A stretch of 64,000 bases of DNA from Tetramitus jugosus (Eukaryota; Protista; Heterolobosea), in NCBI GenBank assembly GCA_937625935.1, contig OW569349.1, positions 496,001-560,000 of the forward strand. The letters run 5' to 3'. A model generated the notes under the pieces. It did not search any database. It had not been told where the DNA came from and worked only from the letters and a program-made list of their open reading frames with translations. Made by a program: the position numbers and the translations under genes. Positions 44,885-55,822 of the stretch are shown here, in pieces (within the stretch, counting starts at the first letter, position 1; the number at the start of each line of letters is the position of its first letter).

Positions 44885-46747
44885 TTATTCATAAGCAATC
44901 TTATCGCTCTGGTTGGTTTCTTTCAAGAATTGATACCAAACAACAGGGAACATTCGCTCGACTGGTCGAAGAGAGAATTCTGGTGTTGTGGCGGCATCCT
45001 TCATGAACTCCTCACGAATCCAGACAGCACAAGATAGAGCCAATGTGTTCCATGCCTGTCGCACTTCATCATTAAAACCAAGCCAGTCTTGCTTTTGCTT
45101 GATCGTTTCGTGGATTCGTTTGTTGAATCTAGTGATAAAATCAGTCTTTTGTTGTTCAGTTGTCTCTTGACTCTGAACCAACTTGATCCATCTGTGACAC
45201 ATATTCTTCATCTTTTCTCTAATAGATCTCACAAGAACGTACCACATTGTCTTTTTCTTCACAAGACCGACAACTTGATGTTGAGCATTGACATAGTACA
45301 CAACGGATCCCTCCTTTCCATATCCAGATCTAATCTTTTCGAACAATTTATCCTGATCGGATGCTGGATACTTTTGAACAGAAATCGTCTCAAAGCCAGT
45401 GTCTCTTGCGACCTTGACAGATTGCTCAATGTCATCTGCACAAAGAGTCTCCAAATTCTTCAATGAAGTAAATGCAATAAATCTAAACTTGTTCTCATCA
45501 AAATCAAACAATTCAACATGTTGATTGTCCAGTTGAAGGAACTCAAAGGTAGCACTCAAATGATGTTCATTCATATAGTCCATGAACGATCTCAAATGAG
45601 AATGAATCTGCTCATTCTTGTTCAACATGTTAAACAAGCCAGTAGCCACCTGTTTGGCCACCATGAATCTATTTTCAGTGTACAGAGCAATGTGTGATGG
45701 TTCTTCCACCAACAAATGAACATTCTTGCTTCCCATGACATAGTACAATTGATCACCGAGACGGACTTGTCCCAAATGACTTGCCTCTCCATTTTCCTTT
45801 GATGTATCAATCAATTCAACACATTGATTGAAAGCCTCAGTAAAGTAGTGCTCATATCTTGGCCTGTTATCCACTTGTTCACTCTCTTCCTCTTCCATGT
45901 CATCGTCATCTCCTGGTCCACCTGTAAACTTTTTCATACCAAAAATGACAACTTGAGATTCCTTGATTTCAGATGTGCTTGAAGCAATGGAAGCAAACAA
46001 GCAGAGACCTCTTGGAACAAATTGACGAACACGTGGGAACAAATCATAGATATCATCATCCAAAATTCTACCATGACCTCTTGATTTGACAGTTGGTGGT
46101 CTCACAGTGATATCAATAATCTCATGATACACTTCTTCATCAGCACCACTAGTGGTGATGATACCTTGAGGCACTCTTGTTCTAGCAACCTTGAGGTATG
46201 GATGCTCATTGGCCCAGTTCAATAGATCAGTAGCTCCATTGGACAATGGTGCTTCACTGATCCATCTCTTCATATCATCAATCTTGAAGAAGACCCTTTG
46301 CTTGTACCACTTTTGGAGGACAGCTTTTTGGATGGAGCTCAAGTTTGGAATTTCTTCCAATGCACGATTGGCAATCACATTAGTTTTTTCGGCATCCATA
46401 GCTTTTGGTGTTGGAGTAGCTGCTGCTAGTGTGGATGTTTCATTGGTTGTTGTTTCCTTCTTGTTTGAAGCATTCTTCTTCCTCTTGTTGTGATGCTTCT
46501 TCTTTTTGGCGCTCTGAGAAGCAGCTGTGGATGGATTGTTGTTGGTGGAGGTGGAGCTACTACTCGTAGTTGTAGTTGTGGTTGGAGTAGGAGTATTATT
46601 TACTGGGGCAGCTGTAGTGGTTGTTTTGGCGGGTTTTGCCTCGGTGGAGTCGGAGGAATTGGAGGCAGGAGAATCAGGACTGACCTTGACGTACTTTTTT
46701 GCAGGACGGTTATTCTTCTTGGTGGTGTTGGTTGGTGCTTGAGACAT
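44885..46747 (-). CDS. Putative ATP-dependent RNA ligase, Trl1/Rnl1-like adenylyltransferase domain only
   Basis: Ordered motifs GMKKF, SKENG (I), GSKN (Ia), ATFEF (III), EGSVVY (IV) and LVKKK..WY..R..REK (V) parallel the Trl1 ligase domain. Confidence 0.65.
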   Translation of the reverse strand: MSQAPTNTTKKNNRPAKKYVKVSPDSPASNSSDSTEAKPAKTTTTAAPVNNTPTPTTTTTTSSSSTSTNNNPSTAASQSAKKKKHHNKRKKNASNKKETTTNETSTLAAATPTPKAMDAEKTNVIANRALEEIPNLSSIQKAVLQKWYKQRVFFKIDDMKRWISEAPLSNGATDLLNWANEHPYLKVARTRVPQGIITTSGADEEVYHEIIDITVRPPTVKSRGHGRILDDDIYDLFPRVRQFVPRGLCLFASIASSTSEIKESQVVIFGMKKFTGGPGDDDDMEEEESEQVDNRPRYEHYFTEAFNQCVELIDTSKENGEASHLGQVRLGDQLYYVMGSKNVHLLVEEPSHIALYTENRFMVAKQVATGLFNMLNKNEQIHSHLRSFMDYMNEHHLSATFEFLQLDNQHVELFDFDENKFRFIAFTSLKNLETLCADDIEQSVKVARDTGFETISVQKYPASDQDKLFEKIRSGYGKEGSVVYYVNAQHQVVGLVKKKTMWYVLVRSIREKMKNMCHRWIKLVQSQETTEQQKTDFITRFNKRIHETIKQKQDWLGFNDEVRQAWNTLALSCAVWIREEFMKDAATTPEFSLRPVERMFPVVWYQFLKETNQSDKIAYE

Positions 46748-47059
46748 GATCGAGAAAAGAAATTGATTGTTGTTGGTTTTGTGTGTTGATTTTGTCAAAA
46801 ATTGTGATTTATTTCATCAAATTTGATGCGTTTGTGAACTCGAGTGATCATGTTCGCATCTGCAGGATACTTCATGCAGAATTCTGAACGTGTCAACCGT
46901 CGAATGAGCGGATGATGTCTACAGAGAAAATAGATGAAATTACTCGAGCCTTTTTATTCAAAGATAGACTATAACCGTTGATATCCGCTGTTCGTGCTCA
47001 TGGAAGCGAAATCGGGTCTAAATTTACAAAGGAATTCCAGGATTTCTTGAAACGACACC

Positions 47060-47067
47060 TATAAAAG
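47060..47067 (+). promoter_or_regulatory. TATA-box candidate for the scramblase gene
   Basis: TATAAAAG begins 66 nt upstream of the ATG at 47126. Confidence 0.45.
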
Positions 47068-47125
47068 GGGATCCAAAGTTCTATGCAATTGTCCAAGAAA
47101 CAATACAATCAACAAATACAAAGAT

Positions 47126-47965
47126 ATGAATTTGCCATACCCAACTGAAAATTCAATTATGGGGTCTACTGCCCCTTATCCAGCAGAGTGCAACCTTTCG
47201 AGTAACAAGACCAACTTACCTCCACTCCCTATTGTGGGTCCTCCTCACACGGTGTATTCCACGACCACTCAAAGCCACACTACTTACACCGATCCGCTAA
47301 GTTCCTCACCTTATGATAGTCACAGTGGAATCATAGAGGCTATACTCCAACCAAACACCAAGTGTCTCGTGAAACAAAAGATGGAGGAATGGGAGATGAT
47401 ATCCGGATGGGAGACTGAGAATGCCTATCAACTAAAGTTTGGAAATGGTTATAGAGGTTTTGCCAAAGAAGAGAGTAATTTAGCTCATAGACAGTTTTTA
47501 GGATCATCCCGTCCTTTCAAGATGAAAATTTTCGTTGCTCATCCCCACAACAAAACAGTTACTCCTCTGTTGGTGATTAAGAGACCTTACAAGATCATTG
47601 GAGGTGAGTTAGAGGTGAGAGATTCAAACAAGAATGTCATTGGACATGTGAAGAAGAGATTCTCTGTCACAAGTCGAAAGTTCATTGTGACAGACCATTC
47701 AGGTCGAGAGTGCTACTCTTTGAGGGCCAGCCATGTTATTGGTAAATGCTTTAGCATCTATGATTCAAAAACTTCTGGAAAGACAGAAGTTGGTCGAATC
47801 AAGAAGCAATGGTCAGGATTGTTGCAAGAAATGTACAGTGATGCAGACAACTTTGGCGTGGAATTCCCTCCAGGATCCACTTACCAAGAAAAGGCTCTGC
47901 TTCTAGCTGCCACCTTCATCATCGATTTCTTGTTTTTTGAGAATAATAACAAATTCCAATTCTAG
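47126..47965 (+). CDS. Phospholipid scramblase family protein
   Basis: GWETENAY, RPFKMKI, VGRIKKQWSG, SDADNFGVEFP, KALLLAATFIIDFLFFE; Pro-rich N-terminus. Confidence 0.93.
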   Translation: MNLPYPTENSIMGSTAPYPAECNLSSNKTNLPPLPIVGPPHTVYSTTTQSHTTYTDPLSSSPYDSHSGIIEAILQPNTKCLVKQKMEEWEMISGWETENAYQLKFGNGYRGFAKEESNLAHRQFLGSSRPFKMKIFVAHPHNKTVTPLLVIKRPYKIIGGELEVRDSNKNVIGHVKKRFSVTSRKFIVTDHSGRECYSLRASHVIGKCFSIYDSKTSGKTEVGRIKKQWSGLLQEMYSDADNFGVEFPPGSTYQEKALLLAATFIIDFLFFENNNKFQF

Positions 47966-48163
47966 TTGGTGTGTGAACAAGGCACAACAACAGTCGTAAA
48001 TAAAAAAACCTGCGCGAATCAAAAATGAATTCTTCTTGTGGAACTTGCTCAGAACTGAGCTGTCGGAGATTCACTAGGAACTAACACCAACAAACAGGAA
48101 CAACAAAGCACCTCTGGGAAGCAAAAACAACGAAATCAACCGAATCCTTATTCATATTTAACT

Positions 48164-50076
48164 ATGGCAGATAACGAAGAAGTCATCAAACTCGATGACG
48201 ACAACATTACAAATGAAGAGCAACAACAACAAGAAAACAACAATACGGAGCAAGAAGAAGATGAAAAGAAGACTCATGAACACTTGCTAGATGTCAAGGA
48301 CTGTCCAGTTCGTGCAGTCAAGGTGTACAATGATAGAGCTGAAGTCACTCGAGTCATCACTCTGAACCTCATTCAAGGTGAACAAAGAATTGTTATCCAG
48401 AAGATTCCAAAGACAAGTATGATACATCAATTTTTTTTTCATTGGTTTGTTTGTGCTCGATACTAACTTGGAAAATTTTTTTTCATTGGTGTTGTGTGTT
48501 GTGTTCGTGTTGTGTCTATCATGATAATCTGTAAACAGTTGACAAGGATAGTGTGAGAGTGTCAGGTGTTGGTGAAGGTGATAACACTGTGTTGGAAGTC
48601 ATGTACAGAGACAGAAAAGAAGATGTTGAGAATGATCAGACAAGAAGCGAGGAATTGGATCAAGAGTTGGCTCAAGTTGATGTAGAATTGGATGAGTTGA
48701 GAGCATTGTTGAATAGAGTAAAGAAGGAGGATGACTTTGTGGTTCAGTACGCAAAATCGATTACCGATGTGAACACAAAGAATGCGAGAGATGTGTCTCA
48801 GTTGACGGATGGGGCCACATTGGAGAATGTGACTCAATTTATGGAGTTTTATGGCAATCAAGTCTCAAAGAATCAATCCAGAGTGATTGAAGTTGAAAAT
48901 CAAATCGAAGAAGCAGTCAAGAGGAGAATGAAGATTAAGGAGGAACGTGACAAGCAGAAACCACCTGTCACCAAGGCTACCTATAGAGAAGTTTGTATAT
49001 TAGTTCAGTCCAGTGAACCAGGAGAGGCTGTTTTCCTTGTGACATATATGGTTTACAATGCAAGTTGGACAGCCAGCTACGATATTCGTGTCAGCTCGGC
49101 TGATAACAGTATCTCTCTCACATATTATGGTGTGATTCAACAGAATACTCGAGAGCATTGGAAGGATGTAATGTTGTCGTTGTCTACGGCCACACCAAAC
49201 AACAGAAATGATCCACCAACTCTCAATGGTATGGTGCTCAAATATGTCGTACACCAGTCATACAATCATTTCGCAAAGAGGTCTAAAGCAAAGGGATCCA
49301 TATTGGGTGGTTTCGGTGGCGCTATGCCAAGTCTCTCTGCATCTTCCAACAGCTCATCTGTAGAGCAAGCATCAGTCGAACAGGGAAGCACAAGCTCTTC
49401 ATTTACGATTAATAAGTTATCTACCATTGCCAGTGACAATCAAAAGCACAAGGTTGTAATTGGAGTGATCAATCTTTCTGATATCACTTATTCGTACAGT
49501 TCTGTGCCAAAGAAGGAACCTATTGCATACTTGAAGGTGAGTGCAGTCAATGCTTCGCCATATTCTTTCCTCGCTGGTCCAATGAACGTATTCTTCGATA
49601 ACAACTTTGCTACGAGCACACAGATGAATCCAGTGAATGCTGGTGAAGAGTTTGAATCCTTCTTGGGTAAGGATCCAGCTGTGAAGGTCACATATGACCC
49701 TCCTTCCAAGTTTAGAGAAACTAAGGGCTTGTTGAGAGGCACTAGCGAGTCGACCGTGAAGAGAAGAATCATTATTAGAAACAAAAAGTCTATCCCTATC
49801 AAGGTAGCAGTCACTGACCAATTCCCAACTTCATATGACAGTCGAATCACAATTCAAGCCATTACTCCAAAGATTGCAACGGAGGAGACTCAAGAGAATG
49901 TGCCAATATTGTTCGGTGAACAATTCGAACCAAACAAGAGAAATGCCGATAAGCTCACAAACAGCTACGACAGCGTTCTAGAATGGACATTTAACATGAA
50001 TCCTAGTGATACTGTGGCTGTTCCAATCGAGTACACAGTATCCTGGCCCACAGGTTACTCTGTCAACGACATTTAA
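48164..50076 (+). CDS. DUF4140/DUF4139 protein (F37C4.5/MuiA-like); exons 48164-48416, 48539-50076
   Basis: VKVYNDRAEVTR, IDKDSVRVSG, ASWTASYDIR, IQQNTREHWKDVMLSLSTATP; intron 48417-48538 contains TACTAAC. Confidence 0.9.
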
Positions 50077-50263
50077 GATCCCGCCGTCTGTACTCCCAAA
50101 TAAAACTTTTTCACTCAACTTCCACATGTTCTTCTCTCGTTCTCAAACGAACTGGAATTGTCGTAAAAACCCAAAACCCCTACCTCCCAAAAACTGCTTT
50201 GACAACAGACATGCCATTTTCCTGAACAAAGCCCCAAAACAAAATCAGTAACGTACATATATA

Positions 50264-53200
50264 ATGAATAGTAGCAGCAGTAACAACAAGAGCAAGAAAG
50301 CAAGTGACAACTCTGGCTACTTTAGAGATTTTACAAAGCTATGTGAAGAAATTACGGAAGAGACAAAGCACACTCAAAAGACTCAAATTCTAAAGGATTT
50401 CCTCTCTGATTTCGAAGGTGATTGGTACCTATTGTTCAAGCTTTTACTTCCCAAGCAAGATCATCGTGTGTTTCAATTGAAGGACAAGGCCCTCATCAAA
50501 GTCATGTCTCAAGTGCTTGGAACGGATCACGAGCAAATGTTGAGACATTTGGACAAGGGTGACGCATCCGAAACATGTAAAGTATTTCTCATGGAAAGTG
50601 GTTCTGATAGCACACGTAGTTTTGTTACGTTGAAGCAAGTTGATACCTTTCTGGACAGGTTGACAACAGTGAGAAAACAAGGTGAACAAGTCGAAGTGTT
50701 TGAAAAGTTTGTCATGAACAAGTTGACGGGTAAGGATATGAAGTTTATTGCAAGATTGATTGACAAGGATTTGAAGTTGTATGCTGGTATTCGTTATTTG
50801 TTGCCTGCGTTGCATCCACAGGCCTATGATGCTTTCCTGTTGACCAATAATGTCAAGGATATTGTGGATCAAGTGGTGCGTGGAGTAGACTTGAGTGCTT
50901 CACTCTCTCAGTCAATGAACGCATCCGCAGACTTTGACTTGGCAAAGATTTTGGCACAGAGCGATAGTGAGGACGATGATGACCAAAAGGATCGTCTCAG
51001 TAACAAGGGCAAGCAGAAACAGACAGTGTCCGCAGCAAGCAGTAGCAGCAGTAGTGGAGATAAGAAGGGAAAACAAAGAGACTCTGACCTACTTGATTTC
51101 TTGTCTCCAATCAAGAAGGCCTCTGGAAGCAAGAATATGCTTAACCTTGATGATGATTTTTCTGATCCTGAATCGGATGATGATTTGCAATTGAATCTAG
51201 ATCTGGATGCACCTGTCAATCCGGACGACGACGACGAATTGGAACCAGGTTCAAAAAAGAGAAAGAAGAAGACACAGGCCGGTAATGCAGCCAAGAAACA
51301 AAAGTTGATTCCAAAAATTAGACTTTTCCAACCGATTAAGCCTATGCTTGCAAGAGCATCCAAGAGTTTTGATGACGCTGTTACCAGATGTTCAAACGGA
51401 TTCTATATGGAGTTGAAGTATGATGGAGAACGTATTCAGATGCATTATGATAGAAGCCTAAACAAATTAAGTTGTTTTTCGAGAAACTTAAAACCTGTCA
51501 TGGAGTACAAGGTGAAAGAAGTGGAACCCTACATCCCACTTTGTATCAAATCGTCAGTGAACAAAGTAATCTTGGATGGTGAGATTCTATTGATTGATAA
51601 CACTACTGGAGAGCCATTGCCTTTTGGAACATTGGGAAAACACAAAAAGAAGAAGTTTAAGAATGCTACTGTGTGTGTATTTATGTTTGATATTCTGTAC
51701 TATAACGGTAAATCTCTGTTGGAGATTCCCTTGAACCAGAGACGTCAGCTGATGCTGAAGACCATTAAACCAATCAAAGGCAGAATTCTGATTGGTGAGG
51801 CCATGCTATGTAATGGACCAAAGGCTGATAGAGAAGCCTTAATTGCTGCGAAAATGCAAGCAGTAATTCAAAAGGGAGAAGAAGGATTGGTCATTAAGGA
51901 TCTTCTTTCAATTTATGAACCAAACGCCAGACATTGGCTAAAGATGAAGAGAGATTACCTAAAGGGAATGGCCGACTCTGCCGATTTACTTGTTCTTGGT
52001 GCTTATTTTGGTACTGGATCCAAGGGAGGATTGATGAGTGTCTTCTTGATGGGTTGTCTTGATGAGAAGACCCAAACCTATAAAACAGTCTGCAAGTGTG
52101 GTAATGGTCACGATGATCAAACCATTGAGGATCTGAATCAACAACTTAAAAATCAAATGGTCAAGATTAGCAAAGATTACAATAAGGTCCCTGGTTGGTT
52201 AGATGTGGAAAGAGCTCTCGTTCCTGACTTTGTGATTAAGGACCCAACGAAATCACCTGTTTGGGAGATTTCTGGTGGTGAATATCTCGTCACTGAACAT
52301 TATTCATCAAATGTTTCTATTAGATTCCCTCGTGTCACAAAGATTAGAGATGATAAAGATGCAGACCAGGCAACCACGCTCAGAGAGTTAGTGGCATTAG
52401 TGAAAGCATCTTCTAAGAAGGATCCTGTTGCCTTGGAAGAGTCAATCAAAACTGCCAGCACAGTATCCTCTAGTCGATCAAAGATTATCACTACTCCTGA
52501 TGACTCGGATAGCGATCATTCTGACGATGATGACTCCAACAACAAAAGAAAGAACAAACAAAAGCAAGTTGTCAAATCTCGTAAACCCAGCTCTGATTCT
52601 GACGACGATGATGACTATGATGATAATCATACCCCTGTGCCATTGGAATATGTTTGGGGTGATGTCAGCAAGCTATCAGGAAGTGGTCCAAAGCTGATTG
52701 TTCACAGTGTCGACGACTCTGGAAGATGGAGCAAGAAGGGATCCATGGGTTTAATTACAGATGCGTATGGAAAGGATGCAATGATGATGTACAGAAACAC
52801 TAAAACCATTGAAATGGGCTCAATTCAAACATCACCCATTGTACAGATGAAGGACTCGACAGAGCAACTCTATGTTTGTAATATGGTATCGCAACAATTC
52901 ATCAAGCAAGGAGAAGCACCTGCTATTGACTACAAGCAACTCGAAGTGTGTTTGCATCGCATCAGATTATTCCTTCTCAAGGAGGAGAAAAAGATAAGAA
53001 ATGGAACGCTGAGTGTCCACTTGTCTCGCTTCCATCATGCCATTCCAAACTTGAACTGGACCAAATGTGAAAAGCTCATTACTTCGTGCCTGTCAGACAA
53101 AGGTATTCCAGTGATCGTTTACACAAAGGACAGAGAAGACGCAAAGCTTGTGGGTGCCTCCAAGAAACGAAACCAGGTCCCAACTCAAAGCTCTGATAAT

Positions 53201-54001
53201 GGTAACACCAACAACGATACCAACGCAAAGGTTACCAGTCCTCTTGTTTCCGATGATCCAATGATAGATGAGGACGATGAAATGGACACTGCACAGGACA
53301 ACGACATTGTTAATTCAAGAACACCACAACAAAAAGAACCAGACCAAATATTTAGCTCTGTGTCTGTGGTCATCTCTGGATACGACAAGGAAACAACTGA
53401 AAAGCTCACGAGCATCATTGTGTCAAACGGTGGTCATGTTCAGGACTCGTGGGTCTATCTTGGACCAGCCAAAACAACACATCTGATTACGGAGACCAAG
53501 AACGACATGTTTGATCATGTGTCGAACCTTGGTGGTATCATTGTGACAAAGAATTGGATTCTGGGATGTGAGCTAGCTTGTCAAGTAATCCCAGTACATC
53601 GTTTCCTTTACTCTGATGAGCCTCAGAGAGATGCTTCACAGCCTAAACAACAGAAACAACAACAACCACAGCCATCATCCTCATCGGCCTCTCTGTCCAC
53701 CAACGACAATCCAGACTCTCAAAAGTTGTTGGATGTCTTCACTGGATGCACCGTGTACTTGTTTGGTGATGTTCAGAAACGAAGAGTTGTGAAACGATAC
53801 CTCGTGGCTTACAATGCTGATCTGTTGGACGATTTTGACGAAGATTTGGTCACGCACGTGATTACGGACAACACTGATTGGACACCTGCTCTGAACAATA
53901 TGAAGAGAGTCGGTGGAGTGCACATTGTTCGAAGTTCTTGGGTGTGGCAATCTGTGAATCAAGAGAGCAAAGTCAAGGAAAGAGATCACTACATGCACTA
54001 A
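50264..54001 (+). CDS. LIG3: DNA ligase III-like; DBD-NTase-OB + macrodomain + two BRCT domains; no N-terminal zinc finger
   Basis: ELKYDGERIQMH, FSRNLKPV, EGLVIK, YEPNARHWLKMKRDYL, MADSADLLVLGAYFG, VCKCGNGHDD and SIRFPRVTKIRDDK are LIG3-type. Confidence 0.93.
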   Translation: MNSSSSNNKSKKASDNSGYFRDFTKLCEEITEETKHTQKTQILKDFLSDFEGDWYLLFKLLLPKQDHRVFQLKDKALIKVMSQVLGTDHEQMLRHLDKGDASETCKVFLMESGSDSTRSFVTLKQVDTFLDRLTTVRKQGEQVEVFEKFVMNKLTGKDMKFIARLIDKDLKLYAGIRYLLPALHPQAYDAFLLTNNVKDIVDQVVRGVDLSASLSQSMNASADFDLAKILAQSDSEDDDDQKDRLSNKGKQKQTVSAASSSSSSGDKKGKQRDSDLLDFLSPIKKASGSKNMLNLDDDFSDPESDDDLQLNLDLDAPVNPDDDDELEPGSKKRKKKTQAGNAAKKQKLIPKIRLFQPIKPMLARASKSFDDAVTRCSNGFYMELKYDGERIQMHYDRSLNKLSCFSRNLKPVMEYKVKEVEPYIPLCIKSSVNKVILDGEILLIDNTTGEPLPFGTLGKHKKKKFKNATVCVFMFDILYYNGKSLLEIPLNQRRQLMLKTIKPIKGRILIGEAMLCNGPKADREALIAAKMQAVIQKGEEGLVIKDLLSIYEPNARHWLKMKRDYLKGMADSADLLVLGAYFGTGSKGGLMSVFLMGCLDEKTQTYKTVCKCGNGHDDQTIEDLNQQLKNQMVKISKDYNKVPGWLDVERALVPDFVIKDPTKSPVWEISGGEYLVTEHYSSNVSIRFPRVTKIRDDKDADQATTLRELVALVKASSKKDPVALEESIKTASTVSSSRSKIITTPDDSDSDHSDDDDSNNKRKNKQKQVVKSRKPSSDSDDDDDYDDNHTPVPLEYVWGDVSKLSGSGPKLIVHSVDDSGRWSKKGSMGLITDAYGKDAMMMYRNTKTIEMGSIQTSPIVQMKDSTEQLYVCNMVSQQFIKQGEAPAIDYKQLEVCLHRIRLFLLKEEKKIRNGTLSVHLSRFHHAIPNLNWTKCEKLITSCLSDKGIPVIVYTKDREDAKLVGASKKRNQVPTQSSDNGNTNNDTNAKVTSPLVSDDPMIDEDDEMDTAQDNDIVNSRTPQQKEPDQIFSSVSVVISGYDKETTEKLTSIIVSNGGHVQDSWVYLGPAKTTHLITETKNDMFDHVSNLGGIIVTKNWILGCELACQVIPVHRFLYSDEPQRDASQPKQQKQQQPQPSSSSASLSTNDNPDSQKLLDVFTGCTVYLFGDVQKRRVVKRYLVAYNADLLDDFDEDLVTHVITDNTDWTPALNNMKRVGGVHIVRSSWVWQSVNQESKVKERDHYMH

Positions 54002-54183
54002 GAGACAGCAAGGCAGGGTGCACGATAGCCGTTGTTTCCCCCCAAAACATATCAATATACACTACATGAATATTTATAATTTGTCTTTATAATCACACAT
54101 GTTGTTTGTCTGCACACCTACCTACCTCTCTTTCTCTCATTCTCAAATATTATTACTTGTTGTTCATATTCATATCACTCCAT

Positions 54184-54687
54184 TTAAACTCTAAAGAAGG
54201 AATCAATTTGAGAAGGAGTGTTCGTATAAGGTGGCAATGAAACAACCAAATTATTCATTCCTTCTTCCAACACTAATTGACATGCCAATCTCGAATTCTC
54301 TGACAAATTGTTTGCATAGCGCAACATGTCATTTTCATCTTCACTTGGTTGAATAAATTGATTGTAAGATTCATTGCTCACAATCACATGACAACTTGTA
54401 CAGGCAACATCTTCACCACATGTTGGATCTGGTCTCAAACCAATGAGATGATTGATGGACACTTGAAGGAGAGTTTGTCCGACAATTCCATCAACAGTGT
54501 GTCTTCTGCCTTCTCTGTCAACAAATGTGATCTTGATCACCTTGTCTGCAGCGGTTGGTTTGGCATTTGCATTATTTGATGGTTCAATGGCAGAACCATA
54601 GATGGAGCTCATGCTGGTGGACATGGGTCTGAGTGTGGTGATGGTTGATCTGGTTCTTGGTAGTGCGTTCACAAATCGGCGGAGCAT
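54184..54687 (-). CDS. Mitochondrial adrenodoxin-type 2Fe-2S ferredoxin
   Basis: Presequence MLRRFVNAL; ITFVDREG, CGEDVACTSCHV, SRLACQ. Confidence 0.93.
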   Translation of the reverse strand: MLRRFVNALPRTRSTITTLRPMSTSMSSIYGSAIEPSNNANAKPTAADKVIKITFVDREGRRHTVDGIVGQTLLQVSINHLIGLRPDPTCGEDVACTSCHVIVSNESYNQFIQPSEDENDMLRYANNLSENSRLACQLVLEEGMNNLVVSLPPYTNTPSQIDSFFRV

Positions 54688-54822
54688 GATTACTATTATT
54701 ATTATTGTTTGTTGTTGAACACAAGAGGAGGATGATGAAAAAGCTTTTTGTTTTTGTTTTTCGCCGCGACAAAAAATCATTTTTACAAGCGGAGGCGGGA
54801 AAATCGGAGCATTTCTTTTGGG

Positions 54823-55761
54823 TTACAAAGGGTGATTCTTGACGGCTCGCTCCAGGAGTTGTATTTGATCCTTCTCTTGCTCTTGAAGAGTGATAGATAG
54901 CTTGTTCAACCTTTCTTCAATCGATTCATCCTTTCTCTGACCTAATGGAGATGTTTCTTGGTGCTTCCCGTTTGCAACTCTGTGGACGACAACAGGTGAC
55001 GTCCTCGATCGTTGTATTATCTCAGTCTGAGTCGATAGATCATGCCCAGGTTGTTCTGTTATTTGTTGAGAACGCTTCGAATCTTTGTTTGAACTTTTCT
55101 TAAGGACAGATATTTGATGCTTATGGGTGCTAATTTGTCCATGAAGTATTCGTATTTCTTCCTCCTTCTGCTCAAGCAACTCCTTCAGAGAGCGAATTGT
55201 GTCTTGTTGTTCGATTCGACTCTCTTCCATATCTTGTATGTGAACTTCAACGGACTCCATGTGAACCTTGTCTCTGTTCAACGCTCTATTCACTTTCTGC
55301 GAGTATTGATCAATCATTTGATACAGATCCGTTTCAATCTCTGCATGCCTCAACCTCTCTTCTGCTAGAGTGTATTTCAATTTTTCATTTGCTTCTCTCT
55401 CCTTCTCTAACTCTTCCAACAACTGAATCGGTGACATCTCGTTCCCAGACTTGAACACTGACCGGTATTCGTCCAACAGTCGATTGACACTCTCGATCTG
55501 TTGATTTTTGAGCTCGAATCTTTTGGACAACTTTGTTTCAATCTGTTCAACCATATCCATCACTTCATTTGCCAAATCATACAAGTATCTACCTGCTTTA
55601 CTCGAAGGAGAATAAGAACCTGCTCCCTTTTCCAAGTAGTGCTTGCACGTTAAGCGTATCTGTTGAAATGAAGATTCTGGTAGCTCTCTGAAGGATAGCC
55701 CTGATGAAGTAGGAGCTACTCTGTGTTGAACCGAACTCTGTGTTGAGGAAAGAGGCAACAT
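54823..55761 (-). CDS. Hypothetical coiled-coil protein
   Basis: 312-aa E/Q/L/K-rich heptad ORF; no family recognised. Confidence 0.7.
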   Translation of the reverse strand: MLPLSSTQSSVQHRVAPTSSGLSFRELPESSFQQIRLTCKHYLEKGAGSYSPSSKAGRYLYDLANEVMDMVEQIETKLSKRFELKNQQIESVNRLLDEYRSVFKSGNEMSPIQLLEELEKEREANEKLKYTLAEERLRHAEIETDLYQMIDQYSQKVNRALNRDKVHMESVEVHIQDMEESRIEQQDTIRSLKELLEQKEEEIRILHGQISTHKHQISVLKKSSNKDSKRSQQITEQPGHDLSTQTEIIQRSRTSPVVVHRVANGKHQETSPLGQRKDESIEERLNKLSITLQEQEKDQIQLLERAVKNHPL

Positions 55762-55822
55762 GTTCTCAGAAGAAAGATACTTGGTTTGTAGTTGATTTTG
55801 CGCGGTTACACTTCACTCAAAA

